A stretch of DNA of 64,000 nucleotides. Source: an uncultured Nitrospiraceae bacterium. Its GTDB lineage: Bacteria; Nitrospirota; Nitrospiria; Nitrospirales; Nitrospiraceae. How positions within the stretch are numbered: position 1 is the stretch's first letter; each line of letters begins with the position of its first letter. The position numbers were made by a program, and so were the translations under genes. The stretch covers positions 448,001-512,000 of the forward strand of contig CAWJWJ010000001.1 in NCBI GenBank assembly GCA_963846575.1, in the 5' to 3' direction. The notes below the pieces were generated by a model that saw nothing but the letters and a program-made list of their open reading frames with translations, had not been told where the DNA came from and did no database searches. Shown here piece after piece: positions 19,581-31,990 of the stretch.

Positions 19581-20390
19581 CTATGATCTCCCTCGAGGAC
19601 TTCGATTGACCGTGGCCCTCCGTCCAGGCGGTTTTGAGAGCGGCCGCTCCCATGTTTTAAAATGTTCGAGCACATCATGATGGGTCGTATCGAGATGGAT
19701 CGGGGTGACGGACACCATGTGGTGCTCAAGCGCCTCGTGATCGGCATCCTTAAGGCGGCTCCAGGACTGGCGGGTACCGGCAATCCAATAATACTTCCGT
19801 CCTCTCGGATCGACTTTTTCAACGATAGGATTCTCGAAGCGCCGCCGACTCAGACAAGTCACCTTGACTCCCTTGATGGATCGCAACGGCACATTCGGGA
19901 TATTCACATTCAAGATCGTTTCGGCCGGCAATCCGTGCAGCAGAACCTCCCCTGCCACACGAGCCGCATATCGCGCCCCGACATCGAATCGAAATTTGTT
20001 TTCACCCTCCTGAGAAACGGCCATGGAGGGAATCCCTAGGATCGTCCCTTCCAAGGCTGCCGACACGGTACCGGAATACATAACGTCATCGCCAAGGTTG
20101 ACGCCGCGATTGATTCCGGACACGATCAGCGACGGTCTACCCGGCAATACCTTTGCCAAGGCTAGATTCACGCAGTCAACCGGAGTTCCATTGACCATAA
20201 ACACCCGGTGGCCCATTTTGGTAATACGGAGCGGCTTATGCAACGTCACCGCATGTCCAACCGCGGTCCGCTCTCGATCCGGTGCCACGACCCACACCTC
20301 TCCAAGCGCGCGCAGCGCGGCCGCGACGGCGTGAATTCCAGGAGATGCAATTCCATCATCATTGGTCACAAGGATTCGTGCGCGTGCCAC
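19581..20390 (-). CDS. surE: 5'/3'-nucleotidase SurE
   Basis: ILVTNDDG, GTPVDCV, SGINRGVNLG, YSGTV. GTG start at 20390 with AGGAG. Confidence 0.96.
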   Translation of the reverse strand: MARARILVTNDDGIASPGIHAVAAALRALGEVWVVAPDRERTAVGHAVTLHKPLRITKMGHRVFMVNGTPVDCVNLALAKVLPGRPSLIVSGINRGVNLGDDVMYSGTVSAALEGTILGIPSMAVSQEGENKFRFDVGARYAARVAGEVLLHGLPAETILNVNIPNVPLRSIKGVKVTCLSRRRFENPIVEKVDPRGRKYYWIAGTRQSWSRLKDADHEALEHHMVSVTPIHLDTTHHDVLEHFKTWERPLSKPPGRRATVNRSPRGRS

Positions 20391-20543
20391 AGCCTCTCCT
20401 AACTCTTTCACAACGGGATACAAGAACGATTTCAGCCGGCGGGTTAGATTATTGGGTAGGCAGGACGACACACCAACAAGCATAGGCGGTCATGGCCGAC
20501 ACACGTCCTACGGAACATGACCCATTCCAAAGCATCGTGCCGA

Positions 20544-20620
20544 TGGTCGGGGCGGCGGGATTTGAACCCACGACCCCTCGCACCCCAAGCGAGTGCGCTA
20601 CCGGGCTGCGCTACGCCCCG
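20544..20620 (-). tRNA. tRNA-Pro (GGG)
   Basis: CGGGGCGTAGCGCAGCCCGGTAGCGCA-CTCGC TT GGG GT GCGAG-GGGTC-GTGGGTTCAAATCCCGC-CGCCCCG ACCA: cloverleaf with encoded CCA. Confidence 0.97.
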
Positions 20621-20677
20621 ACTTCTACGGCATCGATACCGGCGCGGTGACAGGCTCCACCGCATCATTGGAACGGT

Positions 20678-21031
20678 TCAGGCCGAATGGGAGTCAATCA
20701 TCCTGATGATCGCCTGGAGATCGCCTCTGACACGCTGCGCCAATTCCTTCCGCGACCCACGCTGCTTCACAGTCGCTCGTCCCCGACGAGCCCAGTAGCG
20801 TTTGACGCCGGCCAGAGTATGCCCTTCTTCGTAGAGCATGCGCTTAATTTCCAGTACGGTGTCCACATCTCGCTGGACATACAGCCGCTGATTGCCCCGG
20901 CTTTTCTTGGGTTTCAGGAAGCTAAACTCAGACTCCCAAAACCGCAAGACATACGCCGGCAACTTTGCAAGCTTGCTGACTTCACCGATCTTATAAAAAA
21001 CCTTACTCCCCAGTCTGGGTTCAATGCCCAT
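20678..21031 (-). CDS. MerR-family HTH regulator
   Basis: FYKIGEVSK...[23 protein letters not shown]; usual ihfA-merR-tRNA-Pro synteny. Confidence 0.93.
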   Translation of the reverse strand: MGIEPRLGSKVFYKIGEVSKLAKLPAYVLRFWESEFSFLKPKKSRGNQRLYVQRDVDTVLEIKRMLYEEGHTLAGVKRYWARRGRATVKQRGSRKELAQRVRGDLQAIIRMIDSHSA

Positions 21032-21072
21032 GACCGGTCCTCATGCTGTGTGTGCTCGTGGCAAAGTGGCGA

Positions 21073-21348
21073 TTAAGAGTTGACGTATTTTTTAAAGACC
21101 TGACTGGGCCGAAACGTGACTACTCGACGCGGGGTGATTCCGATTTCTTCGCCGGTTCGCGGATTGCGTCCTTTGCGAGCCCCCTTGCTTCGTACGACAA
21201 AGTTTCCGAATCCTGCAATTTTGACTGCATCACCTTTTTGCAGAACCCCCTTCAGCAGATTGAGCACGAGCTCGACGATATCAGCTGCGTCATTCTTGGA
21301 TACTCCAACTTGCTTGAAAATCTCGTTCGCGATATCCGCCTTTCTCAT
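21073..21348 (-). CDS. ihfA: Integration host factor subunit alpha
   Basis: MRKADIA...VKIAGFGNF...GRNPRTGEEIGITPRRVVTFRPSQ. Confidence 0.93.
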   Translation of the reverse strand: MRKADIANEIFKQVGVSKNDAADIVELVLNLLKGVLQKGDAVKIAGFGNFVVRSKGARKGRNPRTGEEIGITPRRVVTFRPSQVFKKYVNS

Positions 21349-21431
21349 GCCTTTCCCCCCGCCATCCACTAGAGTCGTTCCTTAGGAAGTGCTTCTTGGT
21401 GTCGAGCGTCCAAGACAAAGAATTTTCCCAT

Positions 21432-21460
21432 AAGTTACGTGAGGTTACCTGCCCTGTCAA
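21432..21460 (-). promoter_or_regulatory. sigma70 promoter of ihfA-merR
   Basis: TTGACA-N17-TAACTT on the minus strand. Confidence 0.6.
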
Positions 21461-21491
21461 GGATTATGTGTGCGGAAGAAGCCGAGAGGCA

Positions 21492-23141
21492 CTAGCGATC
21501 TGCCAGCAGCAATTTATACTCAATGCTGTCCGCCAAGGCTTGCCAGCTGGCTTCCATGATGTTTTCCGACACACCGACCGTTCCCCACTTGTCCTTGTGA
21601 TCTCCTGACTCGATCAACACGCGCACCTTGGATTCGGTCCCTTTGTCGGCAGACAGCACGCGAACTTTATAGTCGAGCAGTTTGACCTCGCTCAGTTGCG
21701 GATAAAACTTTTCCAGTGCCTTACGAAGCGCATGGTCGAGGGCATTCACCGGACCTGCACCCACCGCCGCCGTATGCTCGACGGCGTCACCGACCTGTAC
21801 CATCACGGTGGCTTCAGACAACAACATTCCATGCTCTTGTTTTTTTTCGACGATGACCCGGAACCCCAATAATTGGAATGAGGATCGATGACTCCCCATC
21901 GCCTTACGCATCAATAGTTCAAACGATCCCTCGGCACCTTCGAACTGATACCCCTGGCTTTCACGTTCCTTCAGCGTTTCAACCAACTCCTGGAGCTTCG
22001 CGTGATTCTTCGTCAGCGAAATGCCGTACGCCTCCACTTTTTCCAGAAGCCCGCTACGACCTGCATAATCTGAGACCAGGATCCGCCGACGATTTCCGAC
22101 TTCGGCCGGCACAATATGCTCATAGGTCGCCGCGTTCTTGAGGACCGCATGGATGTGCACACCGCCTTTGTGCGCAAAAGCCGCATCCCCGACATAGGGC
22201 TGGCGCTTATTGGGCATCAAGTTGGCAATCTCCGTGACAAATCCAGACACGGCCTTCAGACGCGTCAACTTGTCGCCGAGGGCCGGCCGGCGCATCTTTA
22301 GCTGTAAGTTCGGAATGATGGAGCAGAGGTTAGCATTCCCGCATCGTTCGCCGATCCCGTTGATCGTGCCCTGCACCTGTAGAATCCCGGACTCGACCGC
22401 CACGAGCGAATTAGCCACCGCCATTTCACTGTCGTTGTGCGCATGAATTCCGAGTGGCACGGGGCACTCCTGCTTCACCACGCGGCAGATTTCGCGAATT
22501 TCCCACGGCATGGTCCCGCCGTTCGTATCACAGAGAATCACCCGTTCGGCCCCGCCTGCAATGGCTTTGCGAATGGTCTGCAACGCATATTCTGGATTCG
22601 CCTTATAGCCGTCGAAAAAGTGTTCGGCGTCGTAGAACACCCGGCGGTCTTTTGAGCGAAGATAGTGTATGGAGTCCTCGATCAGCTCTAGATTCTTCGC
22701 GAGGGAAATGCTGAGCGCGTCCGTAACCTGGAATGACCAACTCTTGCCGAACAGGGTGATCGTACGCGTACCGGACTCCAACAACGCTTGAAGATTTTTG
22801 TCTTTTCTGACCGGATTGCTGGCCTTCCGCGTGGAGCCGAACGCCACAATAGTCGCGTGCTGAAACGGTATGGTCTGGACCATCCTGAAGAACTCGATGT
22901 CTTTGGGGTTCGCGCCGGGCCAGCCACCCTCGATGAACTGCACCCCGAGCTCATCGAGCTGCTGCGCGACACGGACTTTGTCCTCCACGGAAAAACTGAC
23001 ATCCTCCGCTTGAGCGCCGTCACGTAGGGTCGTATCGTAGATTTCGAGTGCAGAAGCCTGTGCTGCCGTGAGAGGCGGCACAGTAACGGATTGCGGGACG
23101 TGCGATCTGCGAGAGGCTGATTTTCGAGGCTTCATAGACAT
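21492..23141 (-). CDS. cimA: Citramalate synthase (LeuA-like)
   Basis: YDTTLRDGAQAE, IEGGWPG, YDAEHFFDG, GIHAHND, GERCGNANL, FAHKGGVH. Confidence 0.9.
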   Translation of the reverse strand: MSMKPRKSASRRSHVPQSVTVPPLTAAQASALEIYDTTLRDGAQAEDVSFSVEDKVRVAQQLDELGVQFIEGGWPGANPKDIEFFRMVQTIPFQHATIVAFGSTRKASNPVRKDKNLQALLESGTRTITLFGKSWSFQVTDALSISLAKNLELIEDSIHYLRSKDRRVFYDAEHFFDGYKANPEYALQTIRKAIAGGAERVILCDTNGGTMPWEIREICRVVKQECPVPLGIHAHNDSEMAVANSLVAVESGILQVQGTINGIGERCGNANLCSIIPNLQLKMRRPALGDKLTRLKAVSGFVTEIANLMPNKRQPYVGDAAFAHKGGVHIHAVLKNAATYEHIVPAEVGNRRRILVSDYAGRSGLLEKVEAYGISLTKNHAKLQELVETLKERESQGYQFEGAEGSFELLMRKAMGSHRSSFQLLGFRVIVEKKQEHGMLLSEATVMVQVGDAVEHTAAVGAGPVNALDHALRKALEKFYPQLSEVKLLDYKVRVLSADKGTESKVRVLIESGDHKDKWGTVGVSENIMEASWQALADSIEYKLLLADR

Positions 23142-23207
23142 GAGAGTAGCAGGGACAATACGGGGCTGTCGAGGTTCCAGTGGATCAGCATTCGGCCGCC
23201 ACCACTT

Positions 23208-24443
23208 CTAGCCCAGCGCCGGGGCTGCAACAAGGTCCAGGCCGAACGCCGTGTGGAGCGCCCGCATGGCCAGCTCTACATACTTCTCTTCGATCACGCA
23301 GGAGATTTTAATCTCTGACGTGCTGATCATCATGATATTGACGCCTTCGCGTGAAAGCACCTCGAACATTTTCGCCGCAATTCCTGAATGCGACCGCATA
23401 CCCACTCCGATAAGGGACACTTTGGCGATCGATTCCGTCACCGCCACGGATCGGGCGCCGATTTCCTGGGACAAGCGCTGAACGAGATCGACGGCGCTAC
23501 GCAAGTCCGGCTTCGGTACGGTGAACGAAATATCTGTCATCGAAGCCTGACTGACATTTTGAATGATCATGTCGACCACGATATTCGCATTCGCCACGGC
23601 GCCGAACACACGTGCGGCGATGCCCGGGCGGTCCGGAACTCCGACGATGGTGATCTTGGCCTGATTGCGGTCTCCGGTCACTCCCGACACCATGACCCCT
23701 TCCATATCAGCATCTTCACGTGTCACGAGCGTTCCCTTTCCTTCCTTGAAACTGGAATTGACCTCAACCGGAACGGCATATTTGGCCGCAAATTCGACCG
23801 AGCGACTCTGCAGCACCTTGGCGCCCAGACTCGCCATCTCCAGCATTTCTTCGTAAGAGATCTTGTCCAAACGACGAGCGGCCGGAACGATGTTCGGGTC
23901 GGCCGTATACACGCCGTCCACGTCCGTATAAATAACGCACCGATCGGCTTTAAGCGCCGCCGCCAGCGCAACCGCCGTGAGATCGGATCCGCCTCGCCCC
24001 AGAGTGGTGACATCCGAACGTGCATTGATTCCTTGGAACCCGGCCACGACCGGAACAATACCCTCCGCCAGCGCATCCTTGATGCGATCGGCCGTGACGC
24101 GTGAAATCCTGGCTTTGGTATGGGCGCTGTCTGTGTGAATCCCGACCTGGCGACCTGTGAAAGAGCGAGCGTCCACGCCGCGCCCCCGGAGATCCATGGC
24201 CAGTAGCGCGATGGTGACCCGCTCTCCGGTCGAGAGCAGCATATCCAATTCTCGCTCATCGGGAATGCCCGTCACCTCATGGGCCAGCTTCAGCAACCGA
24301 TCGGTCTCGCCGCTCATGGCCGACAGCACGACCACCACGTGATGCCCATCTTTGCGCGCACGCTCAACCCGCTCGGCGACCCGGTGGATCCGCTCGACAT
24401 TGCCGACCGAAGTGCCCCCGTATTTTTGAACGATCAGTGCCAC
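23208..24443 (-). CDS. lysC: Aspartate kinase
   Basis: [32 protein letters not shown], two ACT domains. Confidence 0.97.
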   Translation of the reverse strand: MALIVQKYGGTSVGNVERIHRVAERVERARKDGHHVVVVLSAMSGETDRLLKLAHEVTGIPDERELDMLLSTGERVTIALLAMDLRGRGVDARSFTGRQVGIHTDSAHTKARISRVTADRIKDALAEGIVPVVAGFQGINARSDVTTLGRGGSDLTAVALAAALKADRCVIYTDVDGVYTADPNIVPAARRLDKISYEEMLEMASLGAKVLQSRSVEFAAKYAVPVEVNSSFKEGKGTLVTREDADMEGVMVSGVTGDRNQAKITIVGVPDRPGIAARVFGAVANANIVVDMIIQNVSQASMTDISFTVPKPDLRSAVDLVQRLSQEIGARSVAVTESIAKVSLIGVGMRSHSGIAAKMFEVLSREGVNIMMISTSEIKISCVIEEKYVELAMRALHTAFGLDLVAAPALG

Positions 24444-24448
24444 GTATC

Positions 24449-25699
24449 CTAGGCTCCGCGTGGGAATAATCGCGTCATGAGTTTGGTGGCGTCACGCGGA
24501 GCGGTCCCGACGATGTGTTCTTCCTGTTCGTGGAACCGTTTAGCGGCTCCTGATTGTACTTGAGCGCCACTGTCGCACAGTGCATACAGTATGGGTGGAA
24601 CTGTCTCCCCATGATTGCTCGTCAAACCGGGGTCACACACTACGAGCAGACGATAGGACGAATGGACGGCCAATGCCGAAAGAACCGGACCGACCACCTG
24701 CGCGTCAAACCGCTCGACGGCTCGAACCTTCTCCCTGATGTCAGTCGCATGGAGCACATCATCTGAAAGTCCGGCATGGAAGTACACGAGATCCTTCTTC
24801 GTCAACTCTTGTACCGCCGTCTCGACAGGTCCAGCAAATTCCTTTGATTCCTCTCCAGAACCGTCAGGCAATTCCAGCGCCTCCAGTCCGGCACATAGCC
24901 CAGCCCCTCGATGGACATCGCTCGCGGCGACGACGGCACCGGTGATTCCATAACGCTCCGGCAAGGGGGGCCAGAGCGACGCGCGCCCCTGTCCCCACAG
25001 CCACAGACAATTGGCCGGCTTGAGCCCCTCCTGCTGGCGTTCGTCATTCACGGGATGATCGCGCAATATGAAAAACGCCGCGTCCATGATTTTTCTCAGA
25101 ACGTCGGCGCCATCACCGGTCGGCAATGCATCAGCAAGGGACCGGCCGACCAGCTGCTGTGGATCGAGGCAGGTCGCGCGCGATTTCCCACCGACCCACA
25201 CCATCAAATGCCGATGTCCTGCGCCGGGATAGAATTGGATGGATTCCGACCCCAATTGTTCGTTGACGGCCTCGAGGAGTTCCCGCGCCTGATCGGTATC
25301 GATCAGACCGGCGGTCGCATCCTCCATGACGACATGCGCCCCCAACTTTTTGACCTCGGTCACAATGTCCTTGCTACCGGACGCACCCTCCCCGCGCACG
25401 GTTACCATCGTGCAACGAAAGACCACATCCTGCTCGCCCACCGTAATCCCGAGACCGGCAGCCTCGAGCGGGCCAGGGCCGGGATAATACTTTTTGGGAT
25501 CATAGCCCAGCACGGCCACACTCGTGACGTCACTACCGGCTGGCCCGCTTTCCGACGGAAGACTTAGCAGTCCGACTTCGCTGCTCTGGGCAATGCGATC
25601 AAAGTTAGGCGTTGAGGCCACCTCGAGTGCCGTTTTTCCACCGAGTTCCGGACATGGGAGGTCGGCCATCCCGTCGGCATGCAGGATCAAGTATTTCAT
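24449..25699 (-). CDS. apgM: ApgM-like cofactor-independent phosphoglycerate mutase family protein (proposed homoserine kinase type)
   Basis: [18 protein letters not shown] (nucleophile Ser), [18 protein letters not shown]; lies between thrC and lysC. Confidence 0.82.
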   Translation of the reverse strand: MKYLILHADGMADLPCPELGGKTALEVASTPNFDRIAQSSEVGLLSLPSESGPAGSDVTSVAVLGYDPKKYYPGPGPLEAAGLGITVGEQDVVFRCTMVTVRGEGASGSKDIVTEVKKLGAHVVMEDATAGLIDTDQARELLEAVNEQLGSESIQFYPGAGHRHLMVWVGGKSRATCLDPQQLVGRSLADALPTGDGADVLRKIMDAAFFILRDHPVNDERQQEGLKPANCLWLWGQGRASLWPPLPERYGITGAVVAASDVHRGAGLCAGLEALELPDGSGEESKEFAGPVETAVQELTKKDLVYFHAGLSDDVLHATDIREKVRAVERFDAQVVGPVLSALAVHSSYRLLVVCDPGLTSNHGETVPPILYALCDSGAQVQSGAAKRFHEQEEHIVGTAPRDATKLMTRLFPRGA

Positions 25700-25717
25700 G
25701 CAATGTTCCTGAGGTAA

Positions 25718-26776
25718 TCAGACATGAAGGAGGCGGGCCACATCGTCCCGAGTGGCTTTAACTGTCTTCGGCTGACGTGAAATGCCAATTGCCGTATCGG
25801 CATCTTTTAACCCATGCCCGGTCAAGGTACACACGACCGTCGAACCTTCTTTCAACATACCGGTCTGACTTAGCTTAACGACGCCGGCGACCGAGGTTGC
25901 CGAGGCAGGTTCGCAAAAGACCCCTTCCTCGCTGGCCACCAACGCATAGGCAGACAAAATCTCTTCATCCGTGACCATATCGATGGCGCCGGACGATTCT
26001 TGCACGGCCGTGAGCGCCGCCTGCCAGCTCGCCGGATTCCCGATGCGAATGGCGGTGGCGATGGTCTGGGGCTCATCCACTACGCGGCCCAGGACAATCG
26101 GTGCGGCACCTGCCGCCTGAAACCCCATCATCCGTGGCAAACGGGTGGTTTGATTCGCGGCACGATATTCTCGATAGCCATTCCAATAGGCGGTGATATT
26201 ACCCGCATTCCCTACGGGAAGTACATGGATTGTGGGGGCATCGCCGAGATCATCGCAAATCTCCATGGCGGCTGTTTTTTGCCCTTCAATCCTATAGGGG
26301 TTGATGGAGTTCACCAGTTCCACCGGATATGTCGCGGACAATTCTTTGACGATGGTCAACGCCTGGTCAAAATTGCCTTCTACTTGAATCACCGTGGCCT
26401 GGTGCATCATCGCTTGCGATAACTTCCCCAATGCGATTTTCCCCGCAGGAATGAGCACATAGACCGCAATACCCGCCCGAGCACCGTAGGCGGCGGCTGA
26501 AGCGGACGTGTTCCCCGTGGAGGCGCAGATCACAGCCCGCGCTCCGCCTTCGAGCGCCTTGGAAATGGCCATGGTCATGCCGCGATCCTTGAAGGATCCC
26601 GTGGGATTCATCCCTTCGTATTTGAGATAGAGATCCACACCCGGCGCAATTTTTCTTGCCAGTCTCGGCGCGCGGATCAGAGGGGTATTGCCCTCTCCCA
26701 AGGTAATGACGGGCGTTTGAGCCGTCACGGGAAGGAATTTGCGATACTCTTCGATGATACCGCGCCAGCGAGTCAT
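25718..26776 (-). CDS. thrC: Threonine synthase
   Basis: [47 protein letters not shown]. Confidence 0.97.
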   Translation of the reverse strand: MTRWRGIIEEYRKFLPVTAQTPVITLGEGNTPLIRAPRLARKIAPGVDLYLKYEGMNPTGSFKDRGMTMAISKALEGGARAVICASTGNTSASAAAYGARAGIAVYVLIPAGKIALGKLSQAMMHQATVIQVEGNFDQALTIVKELSATYPVELVNSINPYRIEGQKTAAMEICDDLGDAPTIHVLPVGNAGNITAYWNGYREYRAANQTTRLPRMMGFQAAGAAPIVLGRVVDEPQTIATAIRIGNPASWQAALTAVQESSGAIDMVTDEEILSAYALVASEEGVFCEPASATSVAGVVKLSQTGMLKEGSTVVCTLTGHGLKDADTAIGISRQPKTVKATRDDVARLLHV

Positions 26777-26822
26777 AACAACCTTCTTGACCGTTCGACA
26801 GACACGGTCGGAAGTATGGCGC

Positions 26823-28136
26823 TCATTCGTCCCGTCCTTCGACCCGAATGAGGGTTGTGGGCTCTGAAATATAGGCCATGGTGTTGATGTCACGCAGGGC
26901 GTTCTGCATATCCCGTTCTTTTGCCATATGCGTCATGATGACCACAGGGACTGTCTGCCCCTCCTTGCGTCCTTGCTGCAATACGGACGAGATGCTGATG
27001 CCATAACGCCCCAGCACTCCCGCTATTTGCGATAACACTCCAGGCCTGTCCAGCACCATAAAACGGATATAGTAGAGTGAGGAGATCTCCTCCATCGGCC
27101 GTATCCGCAAGGGCCGTCGCTGGTCCTGCTGAAAGGAGGCAGGCGGAACGCGACCGGCAGCATTTTTGAGCAGGTTACGCGCGATGGACATCACATCGCT
27201 CACGACCGCACTACCTGTCGGCATCGAGCCGGCGCCACGACCATACAGTACCACGTCCTCGACGGCATCGCCTACCAGTTGAATGGCATTGTAGACCCCG
27301 TCCACCTTGGCAATCTGTGATGCCGAGGGCACCATGGTGGGATGCACACGCGCCTCGATTTCCCCATCCGAGTACTTTGCAATGGCTAACAGCTTAATCG
27401 TGAATCCGAATTCTTTCGCATAGGCAATATCAAGCGGGGTCAGCCTTTCAATGCCCTCCGTATAAATCTCCTTGAAATTTACAGGGGTACCGTACGCTAA
27501 ACTGACCATGATCGTCAGTTTATGCGCTGAATCGATTCCAGCAACATCGAACGTGGGATCTGCTTCGGCATATCCCGCTTGCTTGGCGTCCTCGAGCACC
27601 ACATCAAACCCATGCCCCTCGCTCGTCATGCGGCTCAGGATATAATTTGACGTGCCGTTGATGATGCCATAGATGGATTGGATCGTGTTCGCAGCCAACC
27701 CCTCCGTCAAGGACCGGATCACAGGGATCCCACCGCCCACACTCGCCTCAAAGCCCAGATCAAGCCCGTGACGGGCGGCGGCAGCGAAAATTTCCTCGCC
27801 ATGCACCGCCAATAAGGCTTTGTTGGCGGTCACCACGTGCTTGCCGTGCTGCACCGCCTCCAGAATGGCGCGTTTGGCCACGTCATAACCGCCTATCAAC
27901 TCCACCACAATGTCCACCCGCGGATCAGTCCAGACCTGCTGCATTTCGGTGGTGAGCATCTCGGGTGGCAGCGCAACGCCGCGATCACGAGTGATGTCCA
28001 AATCCGCAATCCGGACCAGATTGATCGGCACACCCACGCGTCGCCGAATGAGCCCCGCACTTTCCAGGAGGACCCGAGCGACCCCTGTTCCCACCGTTCC
28101 GAGCCCGATGATCCCCACCCCGATCTCAGTTTTCAT
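26823..28136 (-). CDS. hom: Homoserine dehydrogenase
   Basis: [39 protein letters not shown]-terminal ACT domain. Confidence 0.97.
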   Translation of the reverse strand: MKTEIGVGIIGLGTVGTGVARVLLESAGLIRRRVGVPINLVRIADLDITRDRGVALPPEMLTTEMQQVWTDPRVDIVVELIGGYDVAKRAILEAVQHGKHVVTANKALLAVHGEEIFAAAARHGLDLGFEASVGGGIPVIRSLTEGLAANTIQSIYGIINGTSNYILSRMTSEGHGFDVVLEDAKQAGYAEADPTFDVAGIDSAHKLTIMVSLAYGTPVNFKEIYTEGIERLTPLDIAYAKEFGFTIKLLAIAKYSDGEIEARVHPTMVPSASQIAKVDGVYNAIQLVGDAVEDVVLYGRGAGSMPTGSAVVSDVMSIARNLLKNAAGRVPPASFQQDQRRPLRIRPMEEISSLYYIRFMVLDRPGVLSQIAGVLGRYGISISSVLQQGRKEGQTVPVVIMTHMAKERDMQNALRDINTMAYISEPTTLIRVEGRDE

Positions 28137-29329
28137 AATTCCTGATCATCCGAACTCAAAACTTTGCGAATACCGCGCAGCGCTTGACGGGTGCGATGTT
28201 CGTTTTCCACCAACGCGAATCGAACAAACTCATCTCCACCCTCTCCGAAGCCGATTCCCGGCGATACCGCCACCTTGGCTTCCCGCAGCAGGAGTTTCGA
28301 GAATTCAAGCGACCCCATATGCCGGAACGGATCGGGAATCCGTGCCCACACGAACATAGTCGCGCGCGGCAATCCCACAGGCCAGCCGATGCGATTAAGG
28401 CCATTCACCAGCACATTGCGCCGATTCTGGTAGCGCTGCACAACTTCCTTGACGCAGTCTTGCGGTCCGTTCAACGCCACCGTACTCGCGATTTGAATCG
28501 GCTGAAAAATCCCGTAATCCAGATAACTCTTCAACTTCGCAAGCGCGCCGATGACTTCGCGATTACCGACGCAGAATCCTACCCGCCAGCCGGGCATGTT
28601 ATAGGCCTTCGAGAGCGTATAAAACTCCACGCCCACATCTTTCGCTTCAGGCACCTGCAGGAAACTCGGCGCTTTATAACCATCGAAGGCAATATCCGCA
28701 TAGGCCAAGTCGTGGATCACGATGACATCGTGCTCCTTGGCGAACGCGACGATCTTCTTGAAAAACTCCAGATCGACCACCGCAGTCGTAGGATTGTGCG
28801 GGAAATTGATCACCAGAATGCGGGGCCGCGGCAAGGTCTGGCGGTAGACGCGCAGGAGATCATCGAAGAAATCACTATCCTGCCGCAGTTCAATTCCGCG
28901 TACTTCGCCACCGGCGATAATAAAACTGTACATGTGGATCGGGTAAGTCGGCGTCGGCGTGAGCACCACATCGCCTGGTCCGATGGTGGCTAGCGCCAGG
29001 TGCGCAATGCCCTCCTTGGATCCAATCGTCACAATGGCTTCGGTCTCGGGATCCAGGTCCACATCATAGTTTCGCTTGTACCAGGCGGTGATGCCATGAC
29101 GGAGCTTCGTGATTCCACGAGAAGCTGAATAACGATGATTTTTTGCTTTCTTCGAGGCCTCGATCAATTTGTCGACAATATGACCCGGCGTGGGCTGGTC
29201 CGGATTGCCCATGCCGAAGTCGATAATGTCTTCCCCCCGCTGACGCGCTTCCAGCTTGAGGGTTTGTACTTGCGCAAACACGTACGGGGGAAGTCGTTTG
29301 ATGCGGTAAAAACCGTCGCCGATCGCCAT
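28133..29329 (-). CDS. alaC: Class I/II PLP aminotransferase (AlaC-like)
   Basis: [48 protein letters not shown]. Substrate is not certain. Confidence 0.75.
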   Translation of the reverse strand: MAIGDGFYRIKRLPPYVFAQVQTLKLEARQRGEDIIDFGMGNPDQPTPGHIVDKLIEASKKAKNHRYSASRGITKLRHGITAWYKRNYDVDLDPETEAIVTIGSKEGIAHLALATIGPGDVVLTPTPTYPIHMYSFIIAGGEVRGIELRQDSDFFDDLLRVYRQTLPRPRILVINFPHNPTTAVVDLEFFKKIVAFAKEHDVIVIHDLAYADIAFDGYKAPSFLQVPEAKDVGVEFYTLSKAYNMPGWRVGFCVGNREVIGALAKLKSYLDYGIFQPIQIASTVALNGPQDCVKEVVQRYQNRRNVLVNGLNRIGWPVGLPRATMFVWARIPDPFRHMGSLEFSKLLLREAKVAVSPGIGFGEGGDEFVRFALVENEHRTRQALRGIRKVLSSDDQEL

Positions 29330-29403
29330 TGATGTTTCAGACTCCTAAGGGCGCGGGTCCTTCTGTTGAACAGGCTCTGTGGCCACGTCGCTGAAAAGGG
29401 CGT

Positions 29404-29432
29404 ATTTTAATGGAGGCCTTAATGTGAGTCAA
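29404..29432 (-). promoter_or_regulatory. sigma70 promoter of the aminotransferase-hom-thrC-apgM-lysC operon
   Basis: TTGACT-N17-TAAAAT on the minus strand. Confidence 0.62.
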
Positions 29433-29635
29433 TTTCACGACGAATCTAGCGAGTCGGAGATCACTGACATCTGCCGCGGGAGCAGCGCAGTTGCCAGCTT
29501 CTTTGGTACGAGCCTCTCCTTGCTCATCCCTGTCTTGTTCTGTTAATAATGCCTCAGTAACGGCAGAATTGTCTATGATTTTCGACCAGTTCCGAAACCT
29601 TTCTCCTGCATTTTGAGACACAGTGGGGAGGCGTG

Positions 29636-30349
29636 ATGGCTCGATTGGGCGTCAATATCGATCATGTGGCGACACTCCGTCAGTCGCGAGGCGGGAAGGA
29701 TCCCGATCCGTTGACCGCGGCCATTCTCGTGGAACTGGCCGGCGCCGACGGCTTGGTCGTCCATCTACGGGAAGACCGGCGGCACATCCAGGATCGAGAT
29801 CTCCTCATGCTGCGGGAAATCGTTCGAACCAAATTGGATTTGGAGATGGCCGCTGATGACGAGATGGCCAAGATCGCCATGAACGTGAAACCGGACCTCG
29901 TTACCCTGGTCCCTGAACGGCGGCAGGAGTTGACCACCGAAGGCGGCCTGGATGTCGTGAATCACCGTGACCGGCTCCAGAAGATCGTCGACCTGCTGCG
30001 TGATGGCGGCATCCCGACCAGCCTTTTTGTGGAACCGAGCCTCGATCAGATCAAAGCCGCGCATAAAGTCGGGGCGGCCTACGTCGAACTCCACACCGGT
30101 CGATACTCGAATGCTACGCGTTCCAAGGAAGAAGACGAAGAATTTGAGGCGATCGCCCAAGCGGCCAAGCTGGCCTATAAACTCGGTCTTGGAGTGAATG
30201 CGGGCCACGGATTGACGTACAAGAACGTCAAACGTCTGGCCCGCTTGCCGGAGATCGTGGAATTTAATATCGGACACAGCATCATTGCCCGCTCCGTCAT
30301 GGTCGGACTCGTCCAAGCAGTCCGGGAAATGAGGGAACTTATAGCCTGA
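29636..30349 (+). CDS. pdxJ: Pyridoxine 5'-phosphate synthase
   Basis: [45 protein letters not shown]. Confidence 0.98.
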   Translation: MARLGVNIDHVATLRQSRGGKDPDPLTAAILVELAGADGLVVHLREDRRHIQDRDLLMLREIVRTKLDLEMAADDEMAKIAMNVKPDLVTLVPERRQELTTEGGLDVVNHRDRLQKIVDLLRDGGIPTSLFVEPSLDQIKAAHKVGAAYVELHTGRYSNATRSKEEDEEFEAIAQAAKLAYKLGLGVNAGHGLTYKNVKRLARLPEIVEFNIGHSIIARSVMVGLVQAVREMRELIA

Positions 30350-30399
30350 CGGCTGAGATCCGGGCGCCATGGGGCCAGCCCCACAGTATTTCACACGCC

Positions 30400-31956
30400 A
30401 TGATACCCATCGTGACCGCCGCCCAGATGCGCACCCTCGACCACCGGACAATCACGGAGGCACACGTTCCTTCCCTCACGCTCATGGAACGGGCCGGCGC
30501 CGGCATTGTCACCCATGTGGAAGAGCGGTATGGCCCCCTCGACGGAAAATCGATCACCATCGTGTGCGGCAAGGGCAACAACGGGGGGGACGGATTTGTC
30601 GCCGGACGATTATTGAAACGGAAAAATGCGCGCGTTCATATCTTTCTCCTCGCCTCTCCTACCGACCTTAGTCGAGACGCAAAACATGTGTACCAGCGAT
30701 TTCAACGCACGGCAGGTCGATCGGCCGTTACCCGCGCGACCGACGCCGAACAACTCCGCCAGCGGTTCGCGACCAGCGACGTGCTCATCGACGCTATCGT
30801 GGGGACGGGGTTGTCGGCCCCGATCACCGGCCTCTACCTTGATGCGGTTCTGGCGATCAATGCCGCTGCCCGCCCGACAGTCGCAGTCGATCTTCCCTCC
30901 GGCCTCCATGCAGACACCGGAAGCGTGTTAGGGGCCGCTGTCGAAGCAGAGCTTACCCTTACCTTCGGGCTACCTAAGGCCGGACTGTATACCGGCGCCG
31001 GTATCGACCATTCCGGAACAGTCCGGGTCGTCGATATCGGAATTCCTGCTGGATTTGTGGGAGCCATCGGTAGTGATCTACTGCTGTTGACCGGTGCAGC
31101 AGCCCATCGAACCCTGCCTACGCGGCGGACCTCTTCGCACAAGGGAACCTACGGGCACGTCGGCGTCATCGCTGGATCAGTCGGGAAGACCGGCGCTGCC
31201 GCCTTGGCGGCTTTGGCAGCTCTCCGCGTCGGCACTGGTCTGGTCACGGTCGCGGTTCCGTCGAGCGTCAACGATGTCCTCGAGGCGAAGCTACTGGAGG
31301 CCATGACCCTGCCGATGCCGGAGACCAAGTCTCGTACCTTCGCTCGCGGAGGCCTGGAGCGCCTTCTTGCTTTCGCTATGGCCCGCGATGCCGTGGTGGT
31401 GGGACCCGGCCTAACTACCCATCCGGAAACAGTCGACCTGGTACAGGAATTTGTCAAACGCATCGACAAGCCCTGCGTGTTGGACGCCGATGCGTTGAAT
31501 GCTCTGGCCGGAAAAGCCTCGCTCCTGACTGAATGTAAACGTCCACCCATCATTACCCCGCACCCTGGAGAGATGGCAAGGCTCGAACCCGAAGCGACCA
31601 CGCAGTCGGTCAATCAGGATCGGCTCGGAACGGCCACACGGTTTGCTCGCGAACGTGGCGTCTATGTCATCCTCAAAGGGGCCCGCACGGTTATCGCCAG
31701 GCCGGATGGGGTGGCGGCCATTTGTCCATCAGGCAATCCGGGAATGGCCACCGCCGGAACAGGAGATATCCTGACGGGCATGGTCGGCGGCCTGCTTGCC
31801 CAAGGGCTTTCCCCCTGGGACGCCGCCTGCACCGCCACCTACTTTCACGGATTGGCGGGCGATCTTGCGGCGAACCTCTACGGTCAGGCCGGTATGATTG
31901 CACGTGATCTGATTCGGCAGATTCCCCATGCGCTCACGCCTATTATCCAGATGTAA
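30400..31956 (+). CDS. nnr: Bifunctional NAD(P)H-hydrate epimerase/dehydratase
   Basis: LMERAG, CGKGNNGGDG, DLPSG, HKGTYG, LDADAL, TPHPGE, MATAGTGD. Confidence 0.96.
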   Translation: MIPIVTAAQMRTLDHRTITEAHVPSLTLMERAGAGIVTHVEERYGPLDGKSITIVCGKGNNGGDGFVAGRLLKRKNARVHIFLLASPTDLSRDAKHVYQRFQRTAGRSAVTRATDAEQLRQRFATSDVLIDAIVGTGLSAPITGLYLDAVLAINAAARPTVAVDLPSGLHADTGSVLGAAVEAELTLTFGLPKAGLYTGAGIDHSGTVRVVDIGIPAGFVGAIGSDLLLLTGAAAHRTLPTRRTSSHKGTYGHVGVIAGSVGKTGAAALAALAALRVGTGLVTVAVPSSVNDVLEAKLLEAMTLPMPETKSRTFARGGLERLLAFAMARDAVVVGPGLTTHPETVDLVQEFVKRIDKPCVLDADALNALAGKASLLTECKRPPIITPHPGEMARLEPEATTQSVNQDRLGTATRFARERGVYVILKGARTVIARPDGVAAICPSGNPGMATAGTGDILTGMVGGLLAQGLSPWDAACTATYFHGLAGDLAANLYGQAGMIARDLIRQIPHALTPIIQM

Positions 31957-31990
31957 ATGATCGGGCTCGCCATCATTCGGGATCAAAAAT

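Noticed and set aside
20544..20620. tRNA-Pro as an integration site
   Set aside because: Flanked by the normal merR and surE neighbours; no integrase and no duplicated tRNA 3' end seen.
21492..23141. cimA next to the threonine operon as a novelty
   Set aside because: The citramalate route to isoleucine and the lysC-cimA adjacency are already known in many bacteria.
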